This document shows, one piece after another, positions 46,445-54,649 of a stretch of 64,000 nt of DNA (its first letter is position 1; each line of letters opens with the position of its first letter). A program made the position numbers and the translations under genes. Source of the stretch: a virus. Location of the stretch: IMG/VR virus record IMGVR_UViG_3300017774_004344, positions 27,650 to 91,649 of that record. One strand, given 5' to 3'. Below the pieces are notes generated by a model. The model ran no database searches and was not told the origin of the DNA. It saw nothing but the letters and a program-made list of their open reading frames with translations.

Positions 46445-47851
46445 TCAGGTGACGATGGGTAGTAGTTGACTGTAGCTAACTAAGATTGCACATAGGGTGT
46501 CGGATAATGAAATCTGGAAGTTATCACAGGCATCCAACGCACTGAGAGTATCCGAATTAGAGAATTTTACTTTTCCTGATCTTAACATTTGAATGAAGGC
46601 ATTTAATTTGGTTTGTTGCAACTTGCCACCTACGCAAACGTTTAACCCCAAGTCCTGTAGGTACACAACCCAAGCTGCACTTCCCGAAGCGGACTCAAGT
46701 ACAATTTCTTCCGCTCCGTATGCCTTAACTGCTAGGCTTAGGATTACTCCGACAGTTTTCAAGTCCCAATTGCCTTCGTAAGTATCAAGAACATACATGT
46801 AGTCCCTTTTCTTTGTAACCCCTGCGATGCAAATACCTGTTTTATCAATGCTGTCGGCACTGAAAGCAGGATCAACAGAAATGATTACTTTATCTAATGG
46901 GGGGATTTTCGGTGTCGGTGAGCATCCCTTATAGTGCCAGGAGAACTCTTCATCGCCGATATTCCTTCTAATATGGTTTAAATTTTCGGGGGACCAGAAG
47001 GAATTGATTATACTCGGGGTTTCCCCTACATTCCTACCCAGAATATCATTTTCTGCCTCTTCTTTACTTTCGATAATTGCTGACAAATTAATGTGGACTG
47101 CTCCTTTCGGGTTTGATACGGGGTCGAAAACACCGAATTTCTCTAAGAAGTAGCCGAAAATGTCTTCATCACCCCATCTTGACCCAAGAACAACAATGGC
47201 ACTGTTTTGGTGGCGCCGGGTCATAATTTCCTCTTCTATCCAGCCTTTATTTACTGTTATATTTGAGGACTTGTGATAGTCATCGATCAACCAAACCCCT
47301 GGTACCCCGTTGGGCCCACCCCAAGGTGAACGATACCCGTGCCTACGCCAGGTGATGTTAGCCGATGTTACGCTATCAGCCCGCAAATCAAGTTTTGAAA
47401 ACAATTCCTCAAAAGGAAAGGCACTAACCAACTGCTTAACTCTACTTACTGCTAAGTCGGTGATACCCACATTGTAAGAAGTTACTGAATGATTTGTGGT
47501 GGGGTCTTTCCCTAAAAGCCAAGACAGAAATAGGGAGCCCAATGTAGACTTCCCTGTGCGAGGAGGCATTGATACTAAGAGGATTGGATACCTACCTTCA
47601 GCAATGTCTTCAAAGGCGGACCCCAAGACTTCATAAGTTTTCCAATTTAGCAGGGAGCCAAATTCTACTTGGGCGGAACGAGACAAATAAGTAGGAAAAC
47701 TATTTTTGGCGAATTCTTTAATGGACCGCGAAACTTCTTCCTCGGTGGCCCCATTCACTTCAAGTTCAAGAAGTTCTCTTTTATACTTCCTCCAGCTTGA
47801 ATGTTCCGATAGCTGGGAAGCGTGTGTTATTTTTGGGTTTTTTGGTGTCAT
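46445..47851 (-). CDS. Divergent, shortened terminase large subunit paralog (TerL-2)
   Basis: MPPRTGKS Walker A, LIDDYHK, GSRW, ISVDPA; N-terminus homologous to the adjacent terL. Confidence 0.8.
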   Translation of the reverse strand: MTPKNPKITHASQLSEHSSWRKYKRELLELEVNGATEEEVSRSIKEFAKNSFPTYLSRSAQVEFGSLLNWKTYEVLGSAFEDIAEGRYPILLVSMPPRTGKSTLGSLFLSWLLGKDPTTNHSVTSYNVGITDLAVSRVKQLVSAFPFEELFSKLDLRADSVTSANITWRRHGYRSPWGGPNGVPGVWLIDDYHKSSNITVNKGWIEEEIMTRRHQNSAIVVLGSRWGDEDIFGYFLEKFGVFDPVSNPKGAVHINLSAIIESKEEAENDILGRNVGETPSIINSFWSPENLNHIRRNIGDEEFSWHYKGCSPTPKIPPLDKVIISVDPAFSADSIDKTGICIAGVTKKRDYMYVLDTYEGNWDLKTVGVILSLAVKAYGAEEIVLESASGSAAWVVYLQDLGLNVCVGGKLQQTKLNAFIQMLRSGKVKFSNSDTLSALDACDNFQISLSDTLCAILVSYSQLLPIVT

Positions 47852-47869
47852 TTTAGTTAAGTGAATTTG

Positions 47870-49633
47870 TTAATCCCAGAGGTTGTACCCAGACCCCCCG
47901 CGAAGGTTTCTGCTCCGGCCACCTCTGAAGAGACCTTGATTAGGAGTGTTGGCAGACTGATAGTCGGGGTCGTTTAAATTACCGCCGCCGGGCATTCTAC
48001 GCCCGCCAAGGGCACTACCCTTGTCCTCAAACAGGTTTCCGTAAGATGCGCCGTCACTGAAAGCGGGCCTGCGAAGGTCGCCGCTCCACTTTCGGTTCTG
48101 GATAATCGACTCTTGAATTCCCCTGTCGATGGTGTCAAGTTTGAGAGAGTAGTAGGTTAAAGCCCACACCATCGCGTCGAGACTGTCTTCGTGCCTTACA
48201 TAGGGGAAAGAGGTTAACTCTTTTACGAAGGGATCCGTCCATAGACCCCTTACTAGTTTAACGCGGCTGTTCTCAAGTAAAGGGCAGACTGCCTGAAGGC
48301 GAGTGGTTTTCGACTTTAAGGGCCGCATTTCTTCGATGGGGATTCTAGCTTCCCTCTTTAGCATCTGAATGAGAGAGTGACCGGAAGCTGCTTTTTCGAT
48401 GCAAAGAACCTTCGCTTTATAGAAAGCATACTGCTGCTTTACAGATTCAATCAAGTCCGGAAAGCCCCATTTACCTTTCACGATGTCTCGAATGTAGACA
48501 ATGTCCGGTGTCCGAGTACTTATCCCAGCCACACAGATTGCACTTTCGTCTGCCATCTCCCTTTCAGAAAAGGCACAGTCAACTCCGAACCATACAACAT
48601 CTAGGTCTGGGCAGTCTTCCTCTTCGATAATCTCGACCCAGCTGCTTTTTACAATTTGCCCCTCGGAAGCTACAGGGACTCCCTGGTATAGTGCGGCAAA
48701 CTTGAAGCTGCCCATGATCTTTTTCTGAGACTCAAGCATAGGCACAGAGAAGGCAGAATTTTCCGGCCAATGGCTCTCTCCTAGTTGTCTACCTAGAGGG
48801 TCATTCTCAGGGTCCTCACAAAGTCCTGCGATGTTGATCCATCTCCACCCGAATGGGTTCTCCTCCGGGTCATAGAGTCCATCCCCGTCAAGTAACACCC
48901 CATGAAGGTCTTTCTCATGGAAGCGAGTGGCTATAATGACTTGGGCATAGTGGTTAGTTCTTCGAGTAGACATTTGCTCTGCCCACCAACTTTCTAAGCC
49001 GTCTATGGCTGCTTTCGAATCTGAAGATTTCAGCGGATCGTCGATCAACGCCGCTCCAATACCCACTGAGTCCATATCAATGGTCCCGGAAGTGAAGCCC
49101 GTAAGAATACCTCCCACAGAAGTCGCAAGTATGTAGCCACCTCCTATTAAGTCATATTTAGAGTCTCGGTTGAATCCCGAAAACTCAGGAAAGACTTTTC
49201 TAAAAGAGGGTGTTTTCATCATGACTACTGCCTCTCTGTGGAACTTTTGAGACAACGTGGCACCGTAAGAAGCCAAGATATGCTGTGTCCTTTCGTCCTT
49301 ACCTAGAAGCCACGCCAAAAACATCGTGGAAAGCATGGATTTACCCGAACGCGGAGGGCACGATATAATGAGACGTCTGTACCTTCGTTCAAAAAGATCC
49401 TCAAAAGCGCTGGCAATGATTTCGTGAAATGGGACAACTTTTAAGTCCCCATTTTTCATAATGTCACAGAAGGCCAGGAAACAATCTCTCGCTGCTTTAT
49501 GCTTGAATTCCTGAATTACGGACTTAGGGGCTTCAAGAAGCTCAAGTTCTCGAATCCCTCTTTTATACTTCCTCCACCGTGACTTTTCGTCAAGCTGAGA
49601 AGCATGTGTTATAGAGGGGTGTTGAAAGGTCAT
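47870..49633 (-). CDS. terL: Terminase large subunit
   Basis: CPPRSGKS, LIDDPLK, ATRFHEKDL, ALYQG.P, GVDCA, IEKAASG, SK..R, HEDSLDA. Confidence 0.93.
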   Translation of the reverse strand: MTFQHPSITHASQLDEKSRWRKYKRGIRELELLEAPKSVIQEFKHKAARDCFLAFCDIMKNGDLKVVPFHEIIASAFEDLFERRYRRLIISCPPRSGKSMLSTMFLAWLLGKDERTQHILASYGATLSQKFHREAVVMMKTPSFRKVFPEFSGFNRDSKYDLIGGGYILATSVGGILTGFTSGTIDMDSVGIGAALIDDPLKSSDSKAAIDGLESWWAEQMSTRRTNHYAQVIIATRFHEKDLHGVLLDGDGLYDPEENPFGWRWINIAGLCEDPENDPLGRQLGESHWPENSAFSVPMLESQKKIMGSFKFAALYQGVPVASEGQIVKSSWVEIIEEEDCPDLDVVWFGVDCAFSEREMADESAICVAGISTRTPDIVYIRDIVKGKWGFPDLIESVKQQYAFYKAKVLCIEKAASGHSLIQMLKREARIPIEEMRPLKSKTTRLQAVCPLLENSRVKLVRGLWTDPFVKELTSFPYVRHEDSLDAMVWALTYYSLKLDTIDRGIQESIIQNRKWSGDLRRPAFSDGASYGNLFEDKGSALGGRRMPGGGNLNDPDYQSANTPNQGLFRGGRSRNLRGGSGYNLWD

Positions 49634-49653
49634 TTAACTTGATACTCGTTGTT

Positions 49654-49926
49654 TCACTCTAGATTTTTCAGTAACTTTTCTAGTGTCGTATTGTACTCTT
49701 TAGCTAAGACCTTTTCTTGCTTACTTTCAGAATCAGTCAGACTTACAATGTCGGAAACGATCTCGCGGTGGGCTTTCACAGCTGAGTTAAAGACGGTAAC
49801 AAGGTCGCGAGTGCTGCAATCCTCAAGTTGGCCTTGTAGGAGCTCAAGAGCGTCTTCGGCAACCTGCAACGCTGCTGCTGCAAGGGACTCTTTCTGTTTC
49901 AGAATTTTTTCGTTGGGGCTTGTCAT
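49654..49926 (-). CDS. Helical protein, candidate terminase small subunit
   Basis: Immediately upstream of terL; ATG at 49926 overlaps the upstream stop (ATGA). Confidence 0.5.
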   Translation of the reverse strand: MTSPNEKILKQKESLAAAALQVAEDALELLQGQLEDCSTRDLVTVFNSAVKAHREIVSDIVSLTDSESKQEKVLAKEYNTTLEKLLKNLE

Positions 49927-50075
49927 AGTGTTTTTCTGCATCGTGAGCACCCTGTTTTTACAGTGGGGTAGCTCTTAAAGTTTTGTAATTGTTTCAGGAT
50001 TGCTTGTGCTAGGGGCATATTATTAGACTTAACAGCAACGTCGTACTGGGCCCATAATTGCGCTGGAGTCGCCAT
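49923..50075 (-). CDS. Small protein, 50 aa (MATPAQLWAQYD...GCSRCRKTL), not in the ORF track
   Basis: Starts 2 nt after the upstream stop and is ATGA-coupled to the downstream ORF. Confidence 0.65.
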   Translation of the reverse strand: MATPAQLWAQYDVAVKSNNMPLAQAILKQLQNFKSYPTVKTGCSRCRKTL

Positions 50076-50077
50076 GT

Positions 50078-51301
50078 TTAACAAAGGCTAGAGGGACTTG
50101 GACCGCCTTCACAGGGTTTGCAGCCGAGTTTCCAAAGAGAATTGATCGAAGCAAGCTCAAAGGAGTCTTGTATCAACCAACCTTTACCCTGTGGAGACTG
50201 TCCGACAAAGTAGAATCTACCTTTCGGAGTTTGAATGAAGGTGTCCGGTTTCACACCGATCAGCGTTCCTCCCATCAAAGTTTGTTGCTTCCCGTTTGGA
50301 TCAAGAGGATCAGAGAAAAGCGTCTGATTTGCCCCTCTCACCACTGCAAATTCTCCGATTGTAATGCCCGATGTCCAGGAAGTGTCTCTCACACTGGAAG
50401 GGTCTATAGCCCCCCCAAGGGACCCAAGAACCGTGTTTCTCCAAAGATCCACAGCATAACGAGCGAGCTTCTTACCGGAGTCAGAGTAAAAGACTTCTTT
50501 AATCGGTTCTTTCGTGATAGCGTCCCAAACTGTAACAACCAGGCGACCGTCTTCTGTATAGTTGTTGTTGCTTAGCAAATAGATGGGTTGGTTAAGAGGG
50601 TCCTCAATGAAAATTTCATCAGGGGCACAAACGTAAACCCAATCTCCGGACTGAGTGAGTTCTTCACTCCAGCGGACTCCGAGGGCTTCTGTGAAGGCAG
50701 CTTCGAGTGGATTCGTGCCAGGGTACCAGGGAACATAGATACTACCCGATGCCTCATCCAGCACACCTGCCAAAGGCAGCGTTGTTGCAACGTTGTGGCT
50801 GGGGAAAATTTGGCGGCAATCCCCTCGTTGAACGCAAGGGTCTAGAGCGATATAGGGTAATGTTTCCTCGATCGTGACGACCCAGTTTTGGGTGTAGGTG
50901 TACTGAGACTCTTCGCTTAAGCCCGTGAATTGTGACGAGGAGCAGCTGAAGGGCTCTAAAACCTGAACGTATGCCCCCGACGGTGCACTCCCAGATAGAG
51001 TAATTTTCGCGCCCATGAGAAGCTGGGTCGCAAAGTCATGGCCTGAACTTGTCAAGTAGTTTTGACAAGAGAAATTGAGTTCGAAGTTTAGTACGTCTTC
51101 ATAGATAAAAGGTACTCTGTTTTTCACATTGCTTGTAGAATTCACGTAACGAACAACGATATTATTCGTCTGAGTAACTACCCCTTCATTTTCAACTGCG
51201 TCTGCCAAACGTAAAACATTTACGCCCAAAGGAATTAGAGGGGAAGATATTAAAGAGTCGCAGAGGAATTGCTCGATGCGCGTCAAGGAATTCAGATCCA
51301 T
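50078..51301 (-). CDS. Neck / tail-terminator-like structural protein
   Basis: N-terminal about 145 aa has the size and pattern of a tail-completion domain; follows the adaptor gene. Confidence 0.45.
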   Translation of the reverse strand: MDLNSLTRIEQFLCDSLISSPLIPLGVNVLRLADAVENEGVVTQTNNIVVRYVNSTSNVKNRVPFIYEDVLNFELNFSCQNYLTSSGHDFATQLLMGAKITLSGSAPSGAYVQVLEPFSCSSSQFTGLSEESQYTYTQNWVVTIEETLPYIALDPCVQRGDCRQIFPSHNVATTLPLAGVLDEASGSIYVPWYPGTNPLEAAFTEALGVRWSEELTQSGDWVYVCAPDEIFIEDPLNQPIYLLSNNNYTEDGRLVVTVWDAITKEPIKEVFYSDSGKKLARYAVDLWRNTVLGSLGGAIDPSSVRDTSWTSGITIGEFAVVRGANQTLFSDPLDPNGKQQTLMGGTLIGVKPDTFIQTPKGRFYFVGQSPQGKGWLIQDSFELASINSLWKLGCKPCEGGPSPSSLC

Positions 51302-51306
51302 TTAAT

Positions 51307-52386
51307 TTAAGGGAAAGTTTGGTCGGAGCCGTTAATGAAGTAGTCACCCGCATCGCTAGGTACTGTGATTTGGGGGGTTCCACCTAAGTCTTCGTAGTTT
51401 CGGGGAGAAATCCAATTTTCTTGGTTGTTATTCTGACCCGTAGCCCCAAAGCCGAGTCTATAGTCGGGGCTCTGATCACCGGCTGGGTCATTATTCCACC
51501 CGGAAAAACCTTTACCAGACACACCATTATATCTTTGAGGAATACGCCAGGATCGCATAATTCCTTCTTTAGTATCGATTGCCGAATCACCATGTCCCGC
51601 CCGAATCGCGGTCATTTCCCGCTCAGCATCAAGCTGCTTTAGTGATTCTACATAGTCTTTATAAACATCCTCTCTTCTTCGAACATTGTCAAGGTAGTAC
51701 CTTGCTATAATTAAAGCTGTTCGGCGACGGTTGCTCGTGATTAGAACCCTTCCCGCTTTACCAGATTGTTCTATGTACGAGTCAATTAGAGCATTTGCAT
51801 CCTCTAGTGCCATTCTCATTTTGGCAACATTCACCGAGTTCGCGCTCGCATCGTCAATATTTGTAAGTTGTATGGCTTCTTTGAGGCCGTAGGCAACTAT
51901 GAAGTCGTCGGGAGAGGCACTCCGTGGGTCGGATTTATTCTCAGTTAAAACTCCAGAGCGGTTTTGGTAAGGGAAGCCGTACCCGCCAATCGTTTGCCCA
52001 AGGTTCGACCCTTTGCGGGATCCGTCTGTTTGTTCATCAGGGGTTAGAGAATTTCTAACTGCTACCCGATAAAAGGCTCTAACGGCGTTTCTCTTTTTTA
52101 CAATGTCGTTAGCAGACGGTGGTACGGGTCCCCTCATGCAAGTGTTTAGATCTAAAGGTGGCTCATAGGAGACGAACACTTCGTCCCAAGGTGACAAGCT
52201 GCTGTCTAACCCTAAAGACACCATCGTGTCTGAGGAATACACAATCGTTACAACACCAAACTGGCCGTAATTTACAGTGAAACTGCTCACCGGGACACTG
52301 ATTCTGGTGTCAATGGGGCTGTCAAAGTACAGAACGACTGTCTTCGGCGTTGACAAGATGGCTTCTTTTATCTTGGGGATGGCCAT
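51307..52386 (-). CDS. Head-tail adaptor (Mu gp36/DUF1320-like) with N-terminal Ig/SwmB-like domain
   Basis: ALEDANALIDSYI...IARYYLD..R...Y..SLKQL; N-terminal L.FD..ID...SSFTV...L.L...V.VSY.PP. Confidence 0.7.
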   Translation of the reverse strand: MAIPKIKEAILSTPKTVVLYFDSPIDTRISVPVSSFTVNYGQFGVVTIVYSSDTMVSLGLDSSLSPWDEVFVSYEPPLDLNTCMRGPVPPSANDIVKKRNAVRAFYRVAVRNSLTPDEQTDGSRKGSNLGQTIGGYGFPYQNRSGVLTENKSDPRSASPDDFIVAYGLKEAIQLTNIDDASANSVNVAKMRMALEDANALIDSYIEQSGKAGRVLITSNRRRTALIIARYYLDNVRRREDVYKDYVESLKQLDAEREMTAIRAGHGDSAIDTKEGIMRSWRIPQRYNGVSGKGFSGWNNDPAGDQSPDYRLGFGATGQNNNQENWISPRNYEDLGGTPQITVPSDAGDYFINGSDQTFP

Positions 52387-52391
52387 TAGAA

Positions 52392-52802
52392 TTAGTGCAA
52401 GAGGTAATCGTTAGGGTCGTTTGTCAATGGGAACAAGGTTTCCGACACCCAGAACGGGTAGGTATCTTTTTGAACTCTTACTGAGTACCCTGAAGCTGAA
52501 GAATAGAGGCAATTAAGTAAAAACTGAAGGGCCAATCTAAGGGGCCATTCGTCTCTCCAGTTTACTTCCCAATTATCTATCGTTATTAATTTACCCGTTA
52601 TCGTGTAGTCAATGCGAGACACTATATCCCCACCCTTGAACTCGGGAGTAGGGTAGTCGAACGTTTGTGGAACAACCTCATAGGGCTCCCCATCGTATTT
52701 ACCCAGGATGTAGCGAAGTTGAGACTGGCCATCCTGAAAGTAGAAAAAGTCTTGGAAAACAAATTCTCGCTGACGGTGGACTGAGGGACGACGAACTGCC
52801 AT
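52392..52802 (-). CDS. Hypothetical protein
   Basis: Coupled ORF (TAATG) in the structural operon. Confidence 0.7.
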   Translation of the reverse strand: MAVRRPSVHRQREFVFQDFFYFQDGQSQLRYILGKYDGEPYEVVPQTFDYPTPEFKGGDIVSRIDYTITGKLITIDNWEVNWRDEWPLRLALQFLLNCLYSSASGYSVRVQKDTYPFWVSETLFPLTNDPNDYLLH

Positions 52803-53173
52803 TAGATTTGCACCAAAACGCGAAAAGTTCCGTTCCTTCCAACAATGACTCCTTCTCTGTATTCCTTTCCGTCGACTATCAACCTGTCTGTGTTGGTTAT
52901 GGCTTTGACTCTTACATCTTCGTCACAAGTAACGGTCTTTAGAAAGGTTGTAGGAACTGCAACAACAAAGCCGCTTCGCGTCAACGAACTCTCTCCTATA
53001 GAAAAAGATACGTTAGCTTTTACAGAATTTGCCGCGTAGATTGAGTCATAAACAGATAAACTTTCTACAACTCCTAAAGATTGATAGAATACGGGAGCCA
53101 AGGGGTTTGTGGCACTTTGACCGAAACCCGGTGAATTTATGAAACCAGGATCGTAATCTTCTGTGAAAGTCAT
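52802..53173 (-). CDS. Hypothetical structural protein
   Basis: Coupled ORF (ATGA) downstream of the spike gene. Confidence 0.7.
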   Translation of the reverse strand: MTFTEDYDPGFINSPGFGQSATNPLAPVFYQSLGVVESLSVYDSIYAANSVKANVSFSIGESSLTRSGFVVAVPTTFLKTVTCDEDVRVKAITNTDRLIVDGKEYREGVIVGRNGTFRVLVQI

Positions 53174-54366
53174 TTGAATGGGTTGGGTAAGGAAGGTAGT
53201 TTTGAGAAGACAGTTTTTATTGTTGCAGCGGGGTTCTCAAGAGTTGAAAGAACGAACTTTGTTGCACCGGGGGCGTAAGAAGAGAGAGAATTTACCGCCG
53301 CGCGGATAACAAAAGAAGTGGGGTTTGCAATGATCTTTCTCAAGTCCTCTGATATCTTCAGAACTTTTTGAGCCTCCTTCACCGCAACCTTAACGAAGGT
53401 TGACCCTGGAACACTTTCCACTGCTGCTGATATTTCCGGAGCGTAGGTAGTTGTAAAGGACCCTGTTATGTTGTCTATGAACCCCGAATTCCTAGCAAAC
53501 GTTAGAGCAGTGTCTTGACTGAATAGCGGACCTTCAACAAAATCAAGAGCCTTGGATTCGCTACCTGGGGCAGGCGCCCAGCGGCAATCCGCACCCCAAG
53601 GATTACCCGCCGGAGCGGTTGAATACCCTGTCCTACCTTCTTTTTTCATTTCTTGGTGACTAGTTACGAAAACGTGATCGTAAGTCGCTGCCATTTGCCC
53701 TGGACTTGCACGATTTCCCGAAGAATCCACTTGGGATGTTACATCGTTGCCGCCCGCATGTCCATGTGCCAGGTCCGCGTGGCGAACCCAAATGTAATTG
53801 CCGTTCCTCTTAAGGCAAACGCAAACCCAATCTGAGTTCATTGGGCCACCTTCTTCTATAACAGAACATCCATGGTTTTCTTTACACGCAAGGGGTAATG
53901 ACCCTGCTTCATACACGGATAAGCGTGTCATTGTGCTGTTACTAGGAATTTCGTAGTTTCTTTGCGAACTTTCCGTTAAATTTTGAGGGTCGTAAAGAAC
54001 GTCTTGGAGTACAGCGTAATGATATTCACCGTTACTCAAGGCTATATTAACTCTTTTCCCTTCGAGAGATTTCGGCTGCTTTCCCTTAAATGCAGGTGAT
54101 ACGTCCAACCAATGGGAAAAATTGTTCGATTCTCCTGGCCGAGGCAGAGAAAATTCGCCAGCACCCTCCACGGGAGGGAGGTCCTTCGGGTTCATTGCGT
54201 CAAATAAAACCTTGACTCTTCCCAAATCCTCTGGATCATCGATACTGACGATCGTGCCTCGAACGGTACCTCGTGGGGAGCCCGCATATCTTGCATTCGC
54301 TTCGTGAGCCTTCATCATCTCCGCCTGTTGACGGATCCAAGGTTGGTTTCTAAGGCTTTGTCCCAT
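53170..54366 (-). CDS. Baseplate central spike protein (gp5/gpV OB-fold)
   Basis: GTIVSIDDPEDLGRVKV N-terminal motif; HGH metal-binding motif. Confidence 0.75.
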   Translation of the reverse strand: MGQSLRNQPWIRQQAEMMKAHEANARYAGSPRGTVRGTIVSIDDPEDLGRVKVLFDAMNPKDLPPVEGAGEFSLPRPGESNNFSHWLDVSPAFKGKQPKSLEGKRVNIALSNGEYHYAVLQDVLYDPQNLTESSQRNYEIPSNSTMTRLSVYEAGSLPLACKENHGCSVIEEGGPMNSDWVCVCLKRNGNYIWVRHADLAHGHAGGNDVTSQVDSSGNRASPGQMAATYDHVFVTSHQEMKKEGRTGYSTAPAGNPWGADCRWAPAPGSESKALDFVEGPLFSQDTALTFARNSGFIDNITGSFTTTYAPEISAAVESVPGSTFVKVAVKEAQKVLKISEDLRKIIANPTSFVIRAAVNSLSSYAPGATKFVLSTLENPAATIKTVFSKLPSLPNPFK

Positions 54367-54369
54367 GGT

Positions 54370-54618
54370 TCATCTAAACTTAGAGGAAAATTTCGGAGTG
54401 TTTCTAGAAGGTTTACGTTTGGCTGGAGCGGGAGGTCTAGGCCTGGTTTCAACCGGCTTTTGTTCAATAACCTCTGCCTCTTCTACCAGAGTATCTACAA
54501 GGACCTCCGAGTGATCTTCTACAGAGGGGCATGTAGTATTTAACTCAACAGTCTCATCCGTTGAACTTTGCTCCAGACCCTCAAGGTCGGAAATCTCCCT
54601 TTTCTTTCTTGTTGTCAT
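54370..54618 (-). CDS. Hypothetical low-complexity protein
   Basis: GGGTAAAA 22 nt upstream. Confidence 0.6.
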   Translation of the reverse strand: MTTRKKREISDLEGLEQSSTDETVELNTTCPSVEDHSEVLVDTLVEEAEVIEQKPVETRPRPPAPAKRKPSRNTPKFSSKFR

Positions 54619-54649
54619 TTTAATTTCTTAGCTAACAAGTTTTACCCGC

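Noticed and set aside
46445-49633. terL split by an intron, intein or frameshift
   Set aside because: Both ORFs contain their own ATPase and nuclease parts with homologous N-termini, and the gap is only 18 nt.
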